The notes under the pieces: model-generated
What the model was told of the DNA's origin: nothing
What the model saw: the letters and a program-made list of their open reading frames with translations, nothing else
The model's database searches: none
Shown here: positions 10,201 through 20,900 of the stretch, piece after piece
How the letters are laid out: every line of letters begins with the position of its first letter
Numbering within the stretch: the first letter of the stretch is position 1
Origin: a virus
Lineage: Duplodnaviria > Caudoviricetes
Reading direction: 5' to 3' (one strand)
Virus record (IMG/VR): IMGVR_UViG_3300025093_000023
Span: 1 to 59,891 of that record
Length of the DNA: 59,891 nt
Position numbers and translations under genes: made by a program

Positions 10201-13200
10201 GGGGATGAGTTATCAATAAACAATTGGAACAGAGAAACTTCTGTATTTATAAGAACTGCAGGAAACAGAGAATATAATAATGAAGGAATTGATCCTCTAC
10301 CTTTTCCAAGTCAAACACCTAGTTTACTTAGTGGAGGAGATCCACTTATTGAAGATAAGTCTAGGTTTACAATAGGTAGTAAAGGAGCATGTGCAACACC
10401 TGAGAAAGAACAAGATGCTACAGTGGTGTCTTATTACGCATCTATGAAGAATATCATTCCTAATCAGTGGGGTCAGATATATTCATACCAAACAATTGAT
10501 ACAGGATATCAAGCTCTTATTAATACACCAGGAACCTCTACAGTATTTGGTGGAGATACATTTATTTCTAGATTTGCATTCAAAACAAAGCTTCCATACT
10601 TTATAGATAACAGAGTGGGTGCTCCAGATGATAGTGATATATTCTATGATGAACTTGGAAACATTGGTTACCCTAAATACTGGCACTCTTCTAGATCTAT
10701 TTTAGAAAATTATCAAATAGGTGGTACCCCTGCAACAAATCTCATTTCTTACAAGGCACACAACTTTGATTGTCCTAACGACCCTGCTTCTGTACCAAAA
10801 GATGGAGGAGCATACAGAACATTCTATGATGGATATATTTATTTATGGGCGTATGGTATTCCTAACTTCTATTGTGAAACTACATACAATACAGACTTAC
10901 GTCAAGCATTTAACAATAAAGAAGGAGACTTCTGGCCTCATGTAAGCTCTGGTATCCCTGATGATTGGTTACAAGAAATCAATGTACCCATTGCACAGGA
11001 TAACACATATTATTACAATGTAACATATTCTAAACAGAATAAAGAAAATGTATTCTCGCATCTTCCTCCTGATTGGGAAGAGGACTTGTGTTACACAGTG
11101 TTCCCATTTAGAGCTATTTATTCTGACGCAGCTACAGATAGTGCTGATGTTAGAGTTAATAACTGGTTGGTTTACAGAGCATTATCATTCCATGATTTCC
11201 CTCAGAATTATGGTGCACTTACGTCATTAGATGGTATTCAAAACAAAGCTATACTTGCACGATTTGAGAACAAGTCATTATTATATAACAACCTTCTTAC
11301 AATTGACACAAGTAATCCACAAGCTGCGTATATTGGTAATCCTAGACTATTTGATAGTTCTCCACCAATTGATTTTGCTGAAACAGATTTAGGATATGTA
11401 GGAAGTCAGAATAAGTTCTTACTAAAAATACCTCAAGGTCAAATCACTGTAGATGCTAAGAGAGGTCAAGTATTCTTAGTTTCAGGTGCTAAGGTACTGG
11501 ATATCACAGCATTTGGTTCTGGTGTAAATAGATTTATGTCAGATCACCTACCATTTGAGATATTACAATACTTTCCAAATGTACCTACAGACAACCACTT
11601 CAATGGTATAGGACTACATGGTGTCTATGATAGTAAGTTTGAGAGAGTGATTATCACTAAGTTGGATTATATTCCAATTGATGATAATGTACAATATGAT
11701 GAAGAAACAGGAGAGTTTTATGTGTTAAAAGGAGCAGGTGCAATTGTTCCACCATTAGAACCTGAAGTGCCTGTAGACTTACCAAGACCAATTCCACCAA
11801 CCCCTACAAATCTTTTTGATTGTAAGCAATATACAACTGTACCTTTTTCTCCAAGTTCTGAACAAGATAGTATCTCAATAACATACATTGACTGTAATGG
11901 AGATCAACAAACTTACTTTGAAATATGCACTGGAAAACGCTGTTCAGCTACAGTTTGTGCTATAGAGATAATAAGTTCAAACAGAGAAATAGAAACAACA
12001 GGTATTTGTGCAGATTTTTCTCCAACCACTACCACTACAACCACTGTGTCTAATGGACCAATAAGAGAAGTGGTGTACTTAAATGATAAGGAGTACTTCT
12101 GTAATAAGTCTTGGACTATGTCTTTTGACTTCAATACTAAGAGTTGGATATCATTCCATACATACATTCCAAACTTCTATATAGGAGAGAACAACTTCTT
12201 CTATTCAGGAATAAATGGATGTTGTACAAATGTTGGTGCACCTAACTTAGAGGTGGTTGCTGGACGATTATTACCAGTTAGTCCAATAACTACAACTACA
12301 ACCACTACACCATTAATTCCGACTACCACTACTACAAGCACTACGATAGATGATGTATTAAGTGATGGAATATTTATTCCTACAGATTGTGAACTTGCTG
12401 GAACAGGATTCATTACAGTTCCTCCAGCCACCACTACAACAACATGCTATGTTCCTTCAACTAATTTAAATTTTGTTACACTAGTAGAAGGATATCAAAT
12501 AATAGGAGATTCAGCAGTAACAACTACAGATTCTGAATATAGTTCTTGTAATGGTATAGCAGTTCTGAAAAATGGATATCTTGGAACTACTACACCTTCT
12601 GTACTTCCTATAAATATTAATCTATATTATGAAGGGCCAGATTTACAGCTCGGTACTAAGTTATATGTTTCTGGACAGAGTGGACCTTGTCCTATTGTTC
12701 CTGATGGTTGGTATGGTATATTAGATGACACTAATAACGTTTATAATATTTCAAACGGATTTATAGGAGAAATTAAAGATTGTGGTTTCTGTCTTACAAC
12801 TAGTACAACTACAACTCAAGTTCCTAGTGTTGAAGAGTGCTGTGGCATTATAGCACTAACAACAGATAATGTATACTCTGGATATATAGGTAATAACTCA
12901 AATCCTGAAAGTCAAACTTCTATACTTAATGTACCTGGATTTGTAGGATCTGCAACAGCAGGAGTTGCTTTCACATCAAATAAACTATGGGTAATTGATG
13001 GAGATATAAAAGAGTGGGATATTACACTTTCTCCATTTACAGCAACATTTAATAGAGATATTACTTTTGGAGAAATACAAGGTCCAGATGGTAATATTGC
13101 ACTAAGTGACACAGTATTATTATATGTAGATGCTGCTCAAACTCCACAAGAAATTGTAGAAGCAGATGTTACAACAAATACAGTTGTAAAAACTTCACAG

Positions 13201-13824
13201 TTTGCAATACAAGCAAATAGAACAGTTATAAGTAATTTATTATATACCACTACAAACAAATTACTTTTAGTTTCTCAAGACAGTGTTTCTTCCGATCACT
13301 ATGTTACACAATTTAATTACAGTAATGGATCTGTAGAACTAGACATAAATATTGGTACAGTTGATGCAAATATAATTACTGAATGTGAGTGTGGTATAAA
13401 ATTAACTAAAGTGGATGGTTCAGGTAATGTAGAGGTTTATATTGTATATCCAACTGGTATTAGTAAGATTATTGACTCTACTGTCATTCCTCCTAATGTA
13501 GGCCCACAGACCTTCCCACTATACACAACAGCAAGTCAATTATCATCTTATGTAAATTGTGCAATTGAAAATACCACAACAACAACAACTAGCTCATCAA
13601 CCACAACCACTACTACTACATTATCACCAACTTGTAATGAGTATGAAGTGAGTGGGCCAACAGCATTGTACTACACAGATTGCTTTGGACAACAACAAGT
13701 TCTAACTGTATCATCTGGACAGACAGAGAATGTATGTGCAAGTGTAGCAATACCTGGTGCAACATTAATAGGACCATGTCCATACTATACAACAACGACA
13801 ACAACAACATTACCTCCACCATAA
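7228..13824 (+). CDS. Tail stabilisation / muzzle-like protein with Thr-rich C-terminal passenger domains
   Basis: 2198 aa. Motifs GLNLD...YALNA, LYWTDGVNPRRYLD, GYMRDEVYAF, FGGDTFISRF and WISFHTYIP resemble crAss-like stabilisation proteins; synteny agrees. Confidence 0.7.
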   Translation: MAKQQSNKDSDKNKKQGNIRLNPAAARAGLNLDSSINQVGPGRLTYALNAAVENFDSSSVNYQNEPGNELCLDFPTGYKLIGSHFIPEKRKNIFFLANPNTGDSEIGYMDNNDCQYHTLINAACLNFDVKNPIPKVVHRITNCTTELYWTDGVNPRRYLDIENIPYKLIAGTPSCDPVYSDELDCNQLKLQPDFSIPQLMITQIRNVGNLTAGTYQFAVQYADASGNELTSYYSVTNPVPIADEFITSVNFDYNVGKSIAVGVFNLDLTGQFQYFNLAVIKTINNVTSVELVGTYNIEEATKEIVYTGADQSAIQLSISDIFEKFPYYDIAQDVTAVQDVLVWDNLTSIDRINYQSIANQITLGWETHRIPANETYADEINAVNLRGYMRDEVYAFEIVFLLKNGKQTDGFHIPGREKGANESYPDVPDTNNDFIGEPDYYTGDTGYKSWWKVYNTGSVTGASPGQSSDPSYKGPWEYGEFAYWESTEEYPCNDDVWGELAGQPIRHHKFPDLSVTPIMENGEIVYDNNKIVPAMQDNAIFPIGVRVDNSQIYSLIQNSDLTQDQKDDIVAYKIVRGDRGTNKSVIAKGILRNVNKYTRDEEDYYYPNYPYNDLSSDPYVLANNNAWSADSEPYLIHLPSTQNDPSILGVILDLEITVNEGEGVFQYTSALNGKVTEATIQLDETIEICSLTRPVPLLGKMTIGPGNYDVYKADHGDTWIDLPFGYRLNWYDPFQYPGELFTGSTQFRQTWLSDDPFGSDGRGTVIVEMDAPAPYASDCVEAPWPINEDLCVPEIRLKDPADEDPGEVASVSGIPEAGYIYGIGSRFSSRRSTLGCSDEKPQPSIEEQEDTGLTYRQVFNSPETSFGQPFLGSVLKLESVLFGAGKAHWVQVKDNAKYKLLSKEAQTDALDASKAVATVNGVINAGVMFTVYQSYLTIYVNGITRKNYAMSFNSRANYDYSYPVDNNVSGGIKQRDIDLTRYLIPGVQSLGGDELSINNWNRETSVFIRTAGNREYNNEGIDPLPFPSQTPSLLSGGDPLIEDKSRFTIGSKGACATPEKEQDATVVSYYASMKNIIPNQWGQIYSYQTIDTGYQALINTPGTSTVFGGDTFISRFAFKTKLPYFIDNRVGAPDDSDIFYDELGNIGYPKYWHSSRSILENYQIGGTPATNLISYKAHNFDCPNDPASVPKDGGAYRTFYDGYIYLWAYGIPNFYCETTYNTDLRQAFNNKEGDFWPHVSSGIPDDWLQEINVPIAQDNTYYYNVTYSKQNKENVFSHLPPDWEEDLCYTVFPFRAIYSDAATDSADVRVNNWLVYRALSFHDFPQNYGALTSLDGIQNKAILARFENKSLLYNNLLTIDTSNPQAAYIGNPRLFDSSPPIDFAETDLGYVGSQNKFLLKIPQGQITVDAKRGQVFLVSGAKVLDITAFGSGVNRFMSDHLPFEILQYFPNVPTDNHFNGIGLHGVYDSKFERVIITKLDYIPIDDNVQYDEETGEFYVLKGAGAIVPPLEPEVPVDLPRPIPPTPTNLFDCKQYTTVPFSPSSEQDSISITYIDCNGDQQTYFEICTGKRCSATVCAIEIISSNREIETTGICADFSPTTTTTTTVSNGPIREVVYLNDKEYFCNKSWTMSFDFNTKSWISFHTYIPNFYIGENNFFYSGINGCCTNVGAPNLEVVAGRLLPVSPITTTTTTTPLIPTTTTTSTTIDDVLSDGIFIPTDCELAGTGFITVPPATTTTTCYVPSTNLNFVTLVEGYQIIGDSAVTTTDSEYSSCNGIAVLKNGYLGTTTPSVLPININLYYEGPDLQLGTKLYVSGQSGPCPIVPDGWYGILDDTNNVYNISNGFIGEIKDCGFCLTTSTTTTQVPSVEECCGIIALTTDNVYSGYIGNNSNPESQTSILNVPGFVGSATAGVAFTSNKLWVIDGDIKEWDITLSPFTATFNRDITFGEIQGPDGNIALSDTVLLYVDAAQTPQEIVEADVTTNTVVKTSQFAIQANRTVISNLLYTTTNKLLLVSQDSVSSDHYVTQFNYSNGSVELDINIGTVDANIITECECGIKLTKVDGSGNVEVYIVYPTGISKIIDSTVIPPNVGPQTFPLYTTASQLSSYVNCAIENTTTTTTSSSTTTTTTTLSPTCNEYEVSGPTALYYTDCFGQQQVLTVSSGQTENVCASVAIPGATLIGPCPYYTTTTTTTLPPP

Positions 13825-13825
13825 T

Positions 13826-14698
13826 ATGATAATAGTAATAAAATTAACCTTTTCTGGACCAAACGCAGGACCGTTTGACATACTTACAACATCAAGACAG
13901 GTGTTGAGAGAAGGTGTGTCCAGACGAGAACTGATAGATGGAATTACTGTTAATCTTAAAGGTCAAGTGTCCAGTGATCAAACAGCTATTATAGTTAAGT
14001 CAAATGGAGAGTGTCAGTTTGAAAAAATTATACAACTTGAAGACATTCCTATGGATGAGTATCAGAAGCTTACATACTCTGAAGATACTACTGGCTGTCT
14101 GTGGACACATCTAAAGAATACACAGTTGTACAACTACTACTATGGAAACATAGAGCCTTACATCATTGAGTATCCATTTGCATACAAATATAATGATGAG
14201 ATACTTCAGAATGTAAAAGATTACAGTAAGGTGTATAGATATCTACCAGAAGTGGCAGGATCTTTTGATTCTAACAGAAAGGTGCAAGTAGATGATCGTT
14301 GGTTCAACAAAGCTGTATTATATAATGGGCAACAGTCTACAGGTATATTAGAGCTTGTACCTAAGCCTCAGAATAATATGGTAGCTTACTTACAGTATCC
14401 TATATTAAATACTGATAGTAAAACTATTACATACTCGAAGAGTGATAATTTCTACCAGTACAATACATTCTGGGCATTACAGGTAGATGATCAGAAACCA
14501 TTGTTTAACACATCTTGTGAGTCTCTTTCTATTGACAAAGAGGTGAATCAAGCTAACATGAACTATGGAAACATATCATTTAAGAAATCACCTCTTAGAG
14601 CTAAGAACTTAAAGGTGAGACATATTCTTGACAATTCATCAACAACACATATTGTTAGTCAGTTTATTGTAACACCATCACAAATATCATATAAGTAA
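13826..14698 (+). CDS. Probable C-terminal portion of the tail stabilisation protein, fused to an FDLYSD-like N-terminal domain
   Basis: N-terminal IKLTFSGPNAGPFDI...EGVSRRELIDG matches the small paralogues; the remainder reads LWTH...YYYG...PYIIEY...FNKAVLYNGQQSTG. Confidence 0.55.
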   Translation: MIIVIKLTFSGPNAGPFDILTTSRQVLREGVSRRELIDGITVNLKGQVSSDQTAIIVKSNGECQFEKIIQLEDIPMDEYQKLTYSEDTTGCLWTHLKNTQLYNYYYGNIEPYIIEYPFAYKYNDEILQNVKDYSKVYRYLPEVAGSFDSNRKVQVDDRWFNKAVLYNGQQSTGILELVPKPQNNMVAYLQYPILNTDSKTITYSKSDNFYQYNTFWALQVDDQKPLFNTSCESLSIDKEVNQANMNYGNISFKKSPLRAKNLKVRHILDNSSTTHIVSQFIVTPSQISYK

Positions 14699-17600
14699 TG
14701 GCAAAAGGTTTAACAGCATCTAAAGCAAAGAAGATACTCGAAGATGGAACAGTTCGAGGTAAAGCGCTTACAGAGAAACAAAAGAAGTTCTTTGGGGCTG
14801 TTGCTGGTGGTGCTACGCCTTTAAAAAAGCTTAATGGTGGTTGGTTAGACAAGTTTGATAATGGTGGCGTACAACCTAACTACAATGATAGTAATGTATC
14901 TCTTCCTCCTGGATTCAAAGGATATGGATATGATAAAGGTGGTAGAGCGTACAATGGTGCATGGGATGGTCCTGTAACAAGAATGGGTGGAACAATACCA
15001 GGAGCTACAGGAATGATGTATGCACGTACGTCTGGAACATCTCCTGAGGAACCAAAGAAAGCTCAGGATGGAACAGTAATGTGGGGCACACCTGAATATG
15101 AAGCTGCATATGAATATGGTACATTTGCTGATTTTACTAATCGATTAGGTGAAGTAGTTATTGTTAGTGGTGTAGACTATGAAAAATATCCTCTGTATGA
15201 TAAACTCTCTGCACAACAGAAAGAGTATTTTAATGATCCAGGACCAATTGGTAGAGGTGTAAGAAGAGCTGCTCAAACAGATAGAGGATTAGCTGAGGAT
15301 ACAAGAGATATGGTGACAGGTATGTTAGTGCAACAACCTTTAGCTGGATTACAAGCTCCTCAGTCACTCATGGTGGAAGGTATAGAAGCATTAAGAGGTA
15401 GAGATGCTAACTTCTTAAATGCACTTACATTTGATACACAGAGAACACCATCTCAAGCATTTAATGTAGAGAACCCATATGGAGCATTTGCTCTTGATGT
15501 AGTAGCAGATCCACTAAATGTTGTTGGTGTAGGGCTTGCAAAAAAATCAATTACAGCACCATTTACAAATGTATTAAAAGCAAACCCAGATATGTATTAC
15601 AGGGGTATTGGGCAAGCTGGATTAGACGATGCTTTACAAAGTGGTTTACTAAGAGCAAAACCTGCAGATCAAATTGCTCCATCAATGGTTGGTCCTTTTG
15701 ATCTAGCAAAGAGATTTAATAACTTATATGTAACACCTAGATTAGGTGTAGCTCAGAGTTATGGGAAAGGTGTTGTTGCTGAAGTTCCAAGAGATGTAGC
15801 AAGCTTTTCTCGAAGATATAAAGGAAGTGATTGGAGCATGGCTACTAATCAACAAATACCTATAGATCAAGTAAATTTATATAAGAAGAACTTCTTTGGA
15901 AACTACAGACCAGTAAATGTACCTTCTTCAACTTCCTCTAATTTAATTGAAGCTGCAGCAGACCCTGGAATTAGATCAAGCCTTATAAGATTTGGTCAGG
16001 ATGTAATGGATACTCCTTCAGCACAAATTAGAGCTAGTGAGAAGTTCAACAAAAATTGGTTTAACAATCCTGAGACTGTTAGAAGAGTAGAACAGATGAT
16101 AAATCAACCCACTTCTATAAGATCTAATATGAGTGAGGTTGAGCTTTTACAAGACATTAATCTTTATGAGACAATGCTTGATAAAAGTCCTAATCTAACT
16201 GCAGCTCAAAAAGCTGGCATAGAAAGACAAATGAAAGATTTATATGCTGGGTTGGCAAAAAAGAATCTTCAAACAGTTCAACAGAAAGGAAGATTTACAG
16301 AAGCGCTTGATCCAGATAATATAAGACATCAAGAAATGGATTTATATTATGATGAAAACCCTAAAACCATAGGAGTATATAAAGGTAGAACAAACCAAGG
16401 AACAGTTAATATACCACGTACAAAAGAATATAACAAAGATGTTGGTTCAGTTTTTACACATGAAGACTTACATGCAATTACAGCAGGAAGAAAAGGATAT
16501 ACAGATGAAGCCACACAGATATTAAATGATGCAGTGGGTAAAGATCAAGACTGGTGGCTTAATAAAATAAACACAGAAAAAGATCCAAAGGTAAGGGCAG
16601 AACTAATTGATAGATTAGAATACTTATCAAGACCTCAAGAGATACATGCTAGAGTGCATGAGCTCAGAAAAGCTTTTAATTTAAAACCTGGTCAAGAGGT
16701 TAGTGCTGCAAAGATTGACCAGATAATGATGAAAGGCTTAAAAGGAGAAACTCCTGTTAGCGAAGGTTTCTTTAGAATGCTGGGTGATAAGGAGAATTTT
16801 AGAAAGATATTCAATAAGCTTCCAGCATTTGTTCCTGCAGCTGTAGGGCTTGGTGCTGCAACACAAATGAAAGATGGTGGAAGATGCTGGCCAGGATATA
16901 AAACAGTTCCTGGTAAGACACCTTTTAGTAAGGGTAGCTGTCAGAAAGCTCAAGATGGTGGATGGCTAGATAAGTTTCAAGAAGGTGGTGTCATAGAAGA
17001 TGATAGAGGACAATGGGCTTATCCAGGAGAGATAACTAAAATCAATTCCAACAATATAACAATGAAGGGTGTTAACTACCCTGTACTTGGAATATCTGAC
17101 ACTGGTGACAAGAAGATGATGCAACCAGGAAAAGATTACAAGTTTAAAGGAAACAGCGTTACAGAGTTTCCTATGGCACAGAAAGGAATGAATGTAGAAG
17201 GTCAAAAGCAAAAGAAATGGTTTGACAGCTACATAAGATCTGACAAGTATTTAGAAAGACTTGGTAAAGAGTTTCCTGAGATGAATGCTGATGAGTTAGC
17301 AAATGAGAGATGGGCACGATTGATGAATGTGAGAAGTACACCTATTGGGTTCCTTCCTGAATCAAGTGACATATCTCCTACACCAGATTCTACACAAGGT
17401 GTATATGATGCTGATGAATATCCAGGTAAGATTATGCTAAGACCTGAATACTCAGAAGGTAGACAAGGACCTTGGTCATATAATACAATACCTCTACATG
17501 AGTTGGGACATGCTCTAGATGAGGGTGGTAAAAGAATACCACAAACTACATTAGATTTCTTAATGCCTAAGTTGAAACAAAATCCTTATGACATACCCAA

Positions 17601-17961
17601 AGAAACATTCTACTATACAGATCCTACGGAATACATTAACAGATTGCAACCGCTTAGGTACTTATTACAAGAAGAAGGTATATATGACGCTAAGAAGAAA
17701 GATTTTACAAAAGAAGACTTACAGAAGGCAAAAGAAAACACTAGAATAAAATACAATACACACTTCAAAGACTTGATGGAAAACACTGAGTCAGAAGAAG
17801 ACCTTATTGAAATAATGAATACCATTGCTGCTAGACCACAAATGCAGCAAAACACTATGGTTGCCAAAGATGGAAAATCTTTGGTAGAGTTAAACCAATT
17901 AACTAACTTTACGAACTATAACACCCCACAACCAGGCGGCTGGTTAGACAAATACCACTAA
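14698..17961 (+). CDS. Polyvalent virion cargo protein with two zincin-like HExxH domains and a possible ART-like domain
   Basis: HEDLH (16459) and HELGH (17497), each with a downstream Glu; three GGWLDK repeats. Confidence 0.6.
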   Translation: MAKGLTASKAKKILEDGTVRGKALTEKQKKFFGAVAGGATPLKKLNGGWLDKFDNGGVQPNYNDSNVSLPPGFKGYGYDKGGRAYNGAWDGPVTRMGGTIPGATGMMYARTSGTSPEEPKKAQDGTVMWGTPEYEAAYEYGTFADFTNRLGEVVIVSGVDYEKYPLYDKLSAQQKEYFNDPGPIGRGVRRAAQTDRGLAEDTRDMVTGMLVQQPLAGLQAPQSLMVEGIEALRGRDANFLNALTFDTQRTPSQAFNVENPYGAFALDVVADPLNVVGVGLAKKSITAPFTNVLKANPDMYYRGIGQAGLDDALQSGLLRAKPADQIAPSMVGPFDLAKRFNNLYVTPRLGVAQSYGKGVVAEVPRDVASFSRRYKGSDWSMATNQQIPIDQVNLYKKNFFGNYRPVNVPSSTSSNLIEAAADPGIRSSLIRFGQDVMDTPSAQIRASEKFNKNWFNNPETVRRVEQMINQPTSIRSNMSEVELLQDINLYETMLDKSPNLTAAQKAGIERQMKDLYAGLAKKNLQTVQQKGRFTEALDPDNIRHQEMDLYYDENPKTIGVYKGRTNQGTVNIPRTKEYNKDVGSVFTHEDLHAITAGRKGYTDEATQILNDAVGKDQDWWLNKINTEKDPKVRAELIDRLEYLSRPQEIHARVHELRKAFNLKPGQEVSAAKIDQIMMKGLKGETPVSEGFFRMLGDKENFRKIFNKLPAFVPAAVGLGAATQMKDGGRCWPGYKTVPGKTPFSKGSCQKAQDGGWLDKFQEGGVIEDDRGQWAYPGEITKINSNNITMKGVNYPVLGISDTGDKKMMQPGKDYKFKGNSVTEFPMAQKGMNVEGQKQKKWFDSYIRSDKYLERLGKEFPEMNADELANERWARLMNVRSTPIGFLPESSDISPTPDSTQGVYDADEYPGKIMLRPEYSEGRQGPWSYNTIPLHELGHALDEGGKRIPQTTLDFLMPKLKQNPYDIPKETFYYTDPTEYINRLQPLRYLLQEEGIYDAKKKDFTKEDLQKAKENTRIKYNTHFKDLMENTESEEDLIEIMNTIAARPQMQQNTMVAKDGKSLVELNQLTNFTNYNTPQPGGWLDKYH

Positions 17962-17962
17962 T

Positions 17963-20900
17963 ATGAAAGCTGAATTTTTAAAGATAGCAGGCGTTAAGTC
18001 TGAAGCAGAGTTTTACAAGAAGTTTCCCAATGAGGAAGCCTTTATGAAAAAGCACGGAAAAGCTGTAAAGAAACTTATGGCTAAGAAAGCCCAAATAGGT
18101 GCTACTATTCCAAACATAGAAACACCTAAAGGTAACCCTGTGCCTATTCAATTTACAGAAGAGAAACTAAAAGATGCTGCTGCAAAGTTAACTGGGTTCT
18201 CAGATACTGGTGCAGACACTCTTCAATATACTGGTGGTAAAAGTCAAGAAGAGCTTAGACAAGAAATGATGCAAATGCTTCAAATGCAAGCACTTCAACC
18301 TAAAGAAGAAAAGAAAGGTGGTTTGCTTTCACAACTTTCAGGACTACTAGGTGAAGGTGGTCTAGGTGATTTGATATCAGGTGGTGGTATCGGTGGTGGT
18401 CAAGGTGGTGGTACCGTAACTGATTTTGAAGTGGGACCATTAGAACAAATTGGTGCAGCAGAGTTTCAAAAAGGTGGTAAGGTTAGTAAAGATAAACTTA
18501 AAAAGATAGAAGGTGAATTACACAAAGCTTCTAAGATGCACAAGAGTCAGGCTAACAGAATTGGTAAGATGCTTCAAAAGGGTGGTAAGGTTGACAAGTT
18601 TGAACCTCACATGATGTATGATCCTAAAACTGGTAAGGGGTATAAAGCTAATAAGTTAGAGGATCATTTAAGAATGGAGAAACTAGGATACACACACGAA
18701 CCTCCAAAGGCTCAAGATGGTATAGGTGCTCCTCAGTTTGATTTTGATATAGGAGATTCTGGACCATCTAGAATGGGTAGATATAATGCTGACGGAAGTC
18801 CTGAATCATTCTTGCAAGGAGCTAATAGAATATATCAATCTGATGCTGTACAGAACTTTGCAATTCCTATTGTTAGTGATATCATGGCTTTTAGTGATCA
18901 AACAAAAGCTCAGAAACAAAACTTAGCTTTAGCTAAACAAGCTAGACAAGTTGCTGAGATAACACTACAAGCTGCTAAAACAGAACCAGAAAAAGTAGAA
19001 AGACAATATGTTCGTCCTGAAGATGTTGAAAACACAGGAGAAGAGTTCTTTCCTATCTACGGTGTAGGAACTAACATTCTTAGAAATGGTGGCATGTTTA
19101 GTGATCCTGGATATGTTCCATTACAAAATGTAAACCAAGTGAAGTCATTTGGTAAAGGTGGTGTGTTAGGAAGTAATTCTTATTTAGTACCTAAAGCACA
19201 AGGTGGATTTGATATGAGTAATATTTCTTATGGAGGAGGTCAAGCTGGTGGTATAGGTATGCAACTTGGAGACATGGCTGGATTTAATAATGATGCTGGA
19301 TCTAACCTTGGTGGTAAGATAGGTGGAACTATTGGTTCTTTATTTGGTCCTATCGGTAGTGCTGTAGGTGGTTTTCTTGGATCTGGTATTGGTGACTTAT
19401 TAGACAGAGATGATAGACGAACTAGAATAGAACAGGAAAGAGCTGAGAGAGCAACTAAAGAACTTGCTTATAGTACTATTGCACCACAGATACAAGCTGG
19501 ATATGCATCTCATATGAAACAAGGTGGTAAAATTTCAGCTAATCCAACACTATTAGATACAATGGCTATGGGTGGTGATGTTAAAACTACATGGGGTGGA
19601 AAGGTTGAAACAGTATCTTACAACCCATACGCAGGTGGTGAGAGTATTGAATTCAAAGGAAACTCACATGACTATGTAGATCCTAGAACAGGACAAACAG
19701 GTATTGGTGTTGCATATGGAAAACAATCTGTTGCTAACAATGAGGCTGTTGTAGAGGTGGAGAATGAACCAGCACAGCAATTAAGAGATGGTGGAGGCAC
19801 TGAGAACTTAGTTGTGTATGGTGATTTAAAAATACCAGAAGAGTATGTAGCAGAGATTGGTGATGATAGAGCTAAGGGTAAGAAGTTTAAAAACTATGTT
19901 AGCGATGTTCTAAACAAGGATGAAGCTAAGATTAATAAGAAGATGGAGAAAGCTGCTGATCTTGGACTAGAATCAGACAACACTGTATTTGGTCAACTAG
20001 AAAGAGCTACAGCTGATGCTATTATAAATGGTGGCGATATGAAACTAAAAAACATTGCTGAGAAGAAAAACATCTTAGCTGATTTACAAAGTGCCCTAAA
20101 TGATACTTTTGATGAGTATGGAATCAAGGGTAATGAATTTATTAATAAGAATAAGATTACCGAAGATCCAGAAAGAGTTATGAATAACATGGCTAAGTCT
20201 GGTATTGAAATCAATCCTGAGAACAAAGGTAAGTTTACAGCATGGGCTAAAGAACGTGGTATGTCTGTAGCTGAAGCTGCTAACAAGGTGATGGCTAATA
20301 CAGATGAGTATTCTCCAGGCGTTGTTAAGATGGCTAACTTTGCTAAGAACGCACGTAAGTTCAAGAAAGGTCAAGATGGTTTAACACTTAAACAACTTCC
20401 AGAAGAGTTTGAAACAGAAGCAGAAGCAATTGCTGCTGGATATAAAAAACAACCTGATGGAACATTTATTAAAGAAGAAGAGATACTAGGAGAAGAAACG
20501 ATTGATAGATCAGCTGAAGCTATGGAAAACATTCCTACTGGTCAATCAAGACAAGATTCTGGCTTCTATGGTAATGTATCACAATCAGACTTTGCTGAAT
20601 TACAAGCTGCTAACTCTTGGTATGACTGGGAAAACTTTGATCCGTCAGATGAAGCTAGTGTAAAAGATTATCAAAAAGCTTTTAATGAACGAGCTAAAGA
20701 AGCTGGATCAAAAGCAAGAATAAAAGTGGATGGTAAGTTTGGACAACAAACTGCTAGCGCTCGTTATGAAGAAAAGAAAGAGCAACCAAAAGAAACTGTA
20801 ACTAGAACAGCAAAAGTGAATGAAGTGACTACAGAAGAAACTACCACAGTTGCTCCACAGTCTATTCCTATGCTTCCAATGTTAGACTTTAGAAGAAGAC

